Source: Aplysia californica (lineage: Eukaryota). Taken from it: a stretch of 64,000 nucleotides of DNA. The stretch spans positions 347,047 to 411,046 of the forward strand of contig NW_004797633.1 of the NCBI RefSeq assembly GCF_000002075.1, given 5' to 3'. The position numbers and the translations under genes are program-made. A model generated the notes under the pieces. The model did no database searches and had not been told where the DNA came from. It saw only the letters and a list, made by a program, of their open reading frames with translations. Shown in pieces: positions 60,246 to 64,000 of the stretch (the stretch's first letter is position 1; every line of letters begins with the position of its first letter).

Positions 60246-62499
60246 ACTATTAAACAATGAAAACTACTTACGGGTTTTAATTAGTATATAATTATCTCCC
60301 TTTGAAGTTTCTTAGTGACTTACGGGATTTATAAGCACTGACATATAGCTTTCTTGCATTGTCTTTCGAATTTTAGATTGCAACATTTCTGTCGCTATTT
60401 GTGTAAACAATGAACTGTATGAATGAAAAGAGTCTATATTTTAAGACAATATGTCATTTTAAAATGTGACATAGGACATTATGCAAATATAACATAGTCA
60501 ATTAATGGCCTTAAGGGAAAGAATAAAGGTTACCCTCCTTGTATAATAGAGCCTGTTATTTTTACCCCCTCTTACACAATAAGGAATACCTGAAATTATT
60601 TAAATATATGAATTCTGCAATAACCTGACCTGATAGATGAAAACTAACAACAAATTTGGATTCAGCACATCATTTTCCAAAATATTTGACAGCTTTCGTT
60701 GCTAAGCCTTCTTCATCGTTGATCGGTGGTGCTGTCTCGAAAGCAGGGACGAAACCTATGTGCATCATCTTTAATTATAACAGCCCGTCCGTAAATACGT
60801 GCCTGAGCAGGATGCCCAATACAACCGCAGAGGAGAATAATAGTTCTCCAACGAAATAGAAAATTTTGAAGAATTAAAGTTCAAGGTGACTTGTGCTTTC
60901 TGCTGTGGCCGAAGAGACCATTTCTGGCAAAGAAACATTTGCTACATTTAGAACATAATATATAAAAGCCCCACTTTCACATGCGATGCGTGCGCAGCTT
61001 TTAGGTTTCTATTTTGGTTTCAGCATTTCTTATCCGTGAAGCCTCATTTTATATGATTTGCTGCCCACTGTGACTGCTGCTCTCCAGCTAGGAGTCAGGA
61101 GCTAAGTTCTCAGATGTTGAAGTTTATATTGAAGTCCTTCAGGTACATTTTCAGGGTGTCATTGTAGAGCGCTTTTTTTGATGCGTCATATCTTACGCTT
61201 CCTTGAGGAACATCCTTTGGAATTCTGACATCAGACATTCTTTCGACAAGGCCAGGCCAGTGAAACGGAATCCTTTTGAGCTTTGAAAACAGACTCTTGC
61301 CATTTGCCCTTTTGAGAAATGTCTTGAAGGGCGCTAGCAGCAGGTTCAACTTCTATCCTCCCCCCACCCCCACCCCCACCCCCCACCCCCTCAGTGAGAA
61401 AGAGCAGCGCAAACATCAGACTCACTTTCGCTCCTGGTACATGTGTATCTGATGGCTAAACAAAATGGCATCATCTTTAATCAACACGCATTGAGCAGGA
61501 ATAGTAAAGTACCGAAAAAAAAAACCCCATGGTATTTGCTACATTTTTCTTCTTCACCGCCGCTTTTTCAATAGTTGGACAATTGCCTCATGGCACTTTT
61601 GTGCAACAAAGCTCTGTCTCTTAAATTGCCATTCTGCCTACCTGCCTGATTTCTTTTTGGTTCCAAGCCAGGTTTCTCTGTTTTGTTCCCATTTCCTGTA
61701 AGGTCTTCCCATTCGATCCCCTCTTTCCTTTTACAGCGTTCAAAAATTTGTTTCTCGTGTGAATCATGGTGTTTGATATGACCATATTGACATTCAGTTG
61801 CAGTTTCATATTGCGTCTTAGAGGAGTGTTGGCTTTTCAGTGGAACAGATTGATAGCCTTCTACTTTGGTTTATTTGAAGGTATAATTTTCGAGCCCTCC
61901 GGATTGTCCACACAACACGGGTAATAATAATAATAAATATGCTGCTAATTTCAATTTTCTACCAAAAATACTCAATGCGCATTACATTACTAAAAATATC
62001 ACACCTAAAAAAATAATGGACATGGGTGTACGTAAAACATAGTATTATGCATATATACATTATACTATGTATAAAAATTTATATTAGAAAAATAGTCAAG
62101 CAGTGAGCTAAAAATATAGAATGCAATAGATTGATTAAAAAAAACGACAACTCACGAACGGTCACAATAAAATTGAAACTAGAATAACGAAAAACATTCG
62201 CTCTCTATANNNNNNNNNNNNNNNNNNNNNNNNNNNNNNNNNNNNNNNNNNNNNNNNNNNNNNNNNNNNNNNNNNNNNNNNNNNNNNNNNNNNNNNNNNN
62301 NNNNNNNNNNNNNNNNNNNNNNNNNNNNNNNNNNNNNNNNNNNNNNNNNNNNNNNNNNNNNNNNNNNNNNNNNNNNNNNNNNNNNNNNNNNNNNNNNNNN
62401 NNNNNNNNNNNNNAGTCTCAAGATTGTCCATACACGTGTATAATTATACAGTTCATCGTTTTGACAGGTATGCATTTGTGAAAGAAATGCGCTGGAGAT

Positions 62500-63785
62500 G
62501 TTTTGGGAAAATGCGAATAGTTAGGGCACTCCTTATTTTATTTGGGAGTTCGTTTCGTACATAGGGAGCAGGGACCAAAGAATAATTAAAAAGGAACGCT
62601 CGCCATATGATTTGTGATTTTGTTTTGGATTCTAAGAATTAGATTGCCAGTGACTGATCTTAGGGCACTGGGTGGGTGATAATATAATTCCAGGAATTAT
62701 TTTAGATAAATATGACTAATACATTTAAAACAGAAAACGGCAGTTTTGCATTTGATCCCTTTTTTTTACTGGCTGCCGGTGTATTTCTTTCAGAATTGGT
62801 GTTAAATGCGCTGATTTTTTTTTTCATTATCATGCTGCTTAATTGACTTTGGAGTACATGTACTTGCAACTTTTAAAAATAGCTTTTCCCACGTTAAACC
62901 AGATAAAATAGCATTGCAGTAATCTAATTTTGATAAAAATCAGTACTAATGTCTTGGATGCTGCTTTAGTAAAATAATTCCGTACACTGCCGATTTTGTT
63001 TAGCTGAAAATATATAATTTTGCTGATCTGGCTAATTGAAGAGGCCAGACATAAGTGCCATCATAATCCAACTGAACCCCTAAATTTTTAAGACTTCTTT
63101 TTTAAACAATGGTATGATTATTGATTTTTAGTTATAGTAGAGGTTTTACAGCGCTCGCAACTGCATAATGTCATATGAGCGTCAGGAGATTAGAGGTGTT
63201 ACAAGAGAGTAACAAACATAAGAAGGGGAGATATAAGGACGATATAGATGTTTGATAGGAAAGAAGAATTTAAGCAAACCACACCAGAGCACCCGCCAAC
63301 CACCCACTGATTATTGATGTCAATTTGTAGTTCTGGAAGATTTGTAATGGCTTTTGTATTTCCACTCAACATTATTTCCGTTTTTTTTTCATCTTTCAGT
63401 TTCAATTTATTACCGGTCACCCATATTTTTAATTCCCGAAAACATTGCTCAGTAGAGTCGACTAAAAGTGATATTTGATCGAAATCAACAGACTTATGTA
63501 TCTGAGTGTCATCAGCATAAAAAAAGAAGGGAATTCATGCCATACGTTACCGTCTTAAAATAATCAGTAGGTTATTCCCAGACAGCATGTGTCTATCCTA
63601 CACTGTAAACAAGACAGGTCCAAGAATACAGACCCCTGGGGAACACCAAATCTGAGTAAAACGTTATAGACTGAACGCGTGCTTCCAAACACAACCATAT
63701 ATTTACACTATTAGTTTAAAAATGAGATATTGTACTCTATGACCACAGCTGAAATCCCCATAATTACTTTTACAATGCTCCAGGC
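62500..63785 (-). mobile_element. L2/CR1-group LINE reverse-transcriptase relic
   Basis: Minus-strand peptides FGVPQGSV, FYADDTQI, NKLKLK..KTEIM, KNLGVQLD, LSKLDYCNAIL, YGERSF; frameshifted and interrupted by a GTGGG element. Confidence 0.85.
63126..63307 (-). mobile_element. GTGGG element (subtype B) inserted into an L2 relic
   Basis: TSD tgattattgat. Confidence 0.9.
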
Positions 63786-64000
63786 ACTACCGGTATAATA
63801 AGTTACATTCTCCCCCCCCCCCCCCCCCCCGTTTCGCTGAGAAAACGCCGAGAGATACTCTAGTTGCCACACATGGCGACGTGTTTCCAGAAAGTGTCTT
63901 CACAAGACAGTCGTAGGCCGCTACGACGGTGACATGTAGTGCAACCCGCTTCCTGTTAAAGTATATCCTGAATGCCACGACGTCTCTACCCCCATTATAT

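Noticed and set aside
60600-61900. Coding-like minus-strand sequence with short ORFs
   Set aside because: Fragmented by stops and I recognise no motif. It may be a decayed transposon gene; BLASTX would be needed.

Overview
Intron-rich animal genomic DNA with assembly gaps. The repeat and intron style suggests a lophotrochozoan, possibly a mollusc (inference only). Two convergent protein-coding genes were rebuilt by hand from GT-AG splice sites and reading-frame phase. (1) On + is a 5'-incomplete DH-PH RhoGEF of the PLEKHG1/2/3 type: 12 coding exons, 3108-20904, including a frame-obligatory 14-nt microexon and a 3.7-kb terminal exon. (2) On - is a complete glucosidase II alpha subunit (GANAB, GH31): 22 coding exons, 51964-27305, 921 aa, with WNDMNE and WTGDN catalytic motifs. 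The most notable non-coding feature is a ~180-bp retroposon present in about 15 copies. It has a fixed 5' end (GTGGGTGGTTGGCGGG), no tRNA promoter boxes, roughly 7-14-bp target-site duplications, a 3' stem-loop with compensatory substitutions between two subfamilies, and an (ACTAAA)n tail. Intronic copies are mostly sense to the host gene, several sit next to splice sites, and one inverted pair brackets an exon. Also present are tRNA-headed SINEs (two kinds share that same 3' tail), L2 and RTE LINE relics, several MITE families, a 26-bp minisatellite and microsatellites. There is no CRISPR, rRNA or genuine tRNA gene.
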